From: Octopus vulgaris
Lineage: Eukaryota
Length of the DNA: 64,000 nucleotides
Direction: 5' to 3'
Assembly (NCBI GenBank): GCA_951406725.2
Contig: OX597836.1
Location: 26,908,001 to 26,972,000, forward strand
Part shown: positions 63,801 through 64,000 of the stretch, in pieces
How positions within the stretch are numbered: position 1 is the first letter of the stretch
How the letters are laid out: each line of letters starts with the position of its first letter
Position numbers and translations under genes: made by a program
Notes under the pieces: generated by a model
Told to the model about the DNA's origin: nothing
Seen by the model: only the letters and a program-made list of their open reading frames with translations
Databases searched by the model: none

Positions 63801-64000
63801 GTAGTGGTAGAGTGTTTATGCCGAATATGTACGTATGCATGTATATATATGTATGTATGCCTGTATATATGTACAAAATCCACTGAGAAGGCTTTTGTTG
63901 GTCTGAAGCTACAGCAGAAGACACATGCCAAGTCATCACACAGTGGGACTGAACCCTGGACCATGTGTTTGGAACGTAGTTTGTTACCACACAGCCACAC

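Overview
This is AT-rich, repeat-dense animal genomic DNA. The SINE, LINE and microsatellite content suggests an octopus or other coleoid cephalopod; that assignment is an inference from the repeat families. Two spliced protein-coding genes can be reconstructed exon by exon with consistent GT-AG sites and phases, arranged tail-to-tail. TMEM50 (A/B-like) is on the + strand with 6 coding exons (2673-12943, 159 aa). CTU1/NCS6, cytoplasmic tRNA 2-thiolation protein 1, is on the - strand with 15 mostly tiny coding exons (40052-15962, 401 aa). The rest is transposon debris: Tx1/L1-, RTE-, CR1-, Dong/R4- and CRE-like non-LTR fragments, three tRNA-derived SINE families, several MITE families, a mariner inverted pair, and a Helitron cluster with decayed PIF1 helicases at 56-64 kb. 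The most notable signal is a set of minimal hammerhead-ribozyme motifs (CUGAUGA...GAAAC-NUH). One family is joined to a tRNA-like Pol III head and occurs as head-to-head palindromes inside CTU1 introns. Almost all ORFs in the supplied track are microsatellite or repeat artefacts.
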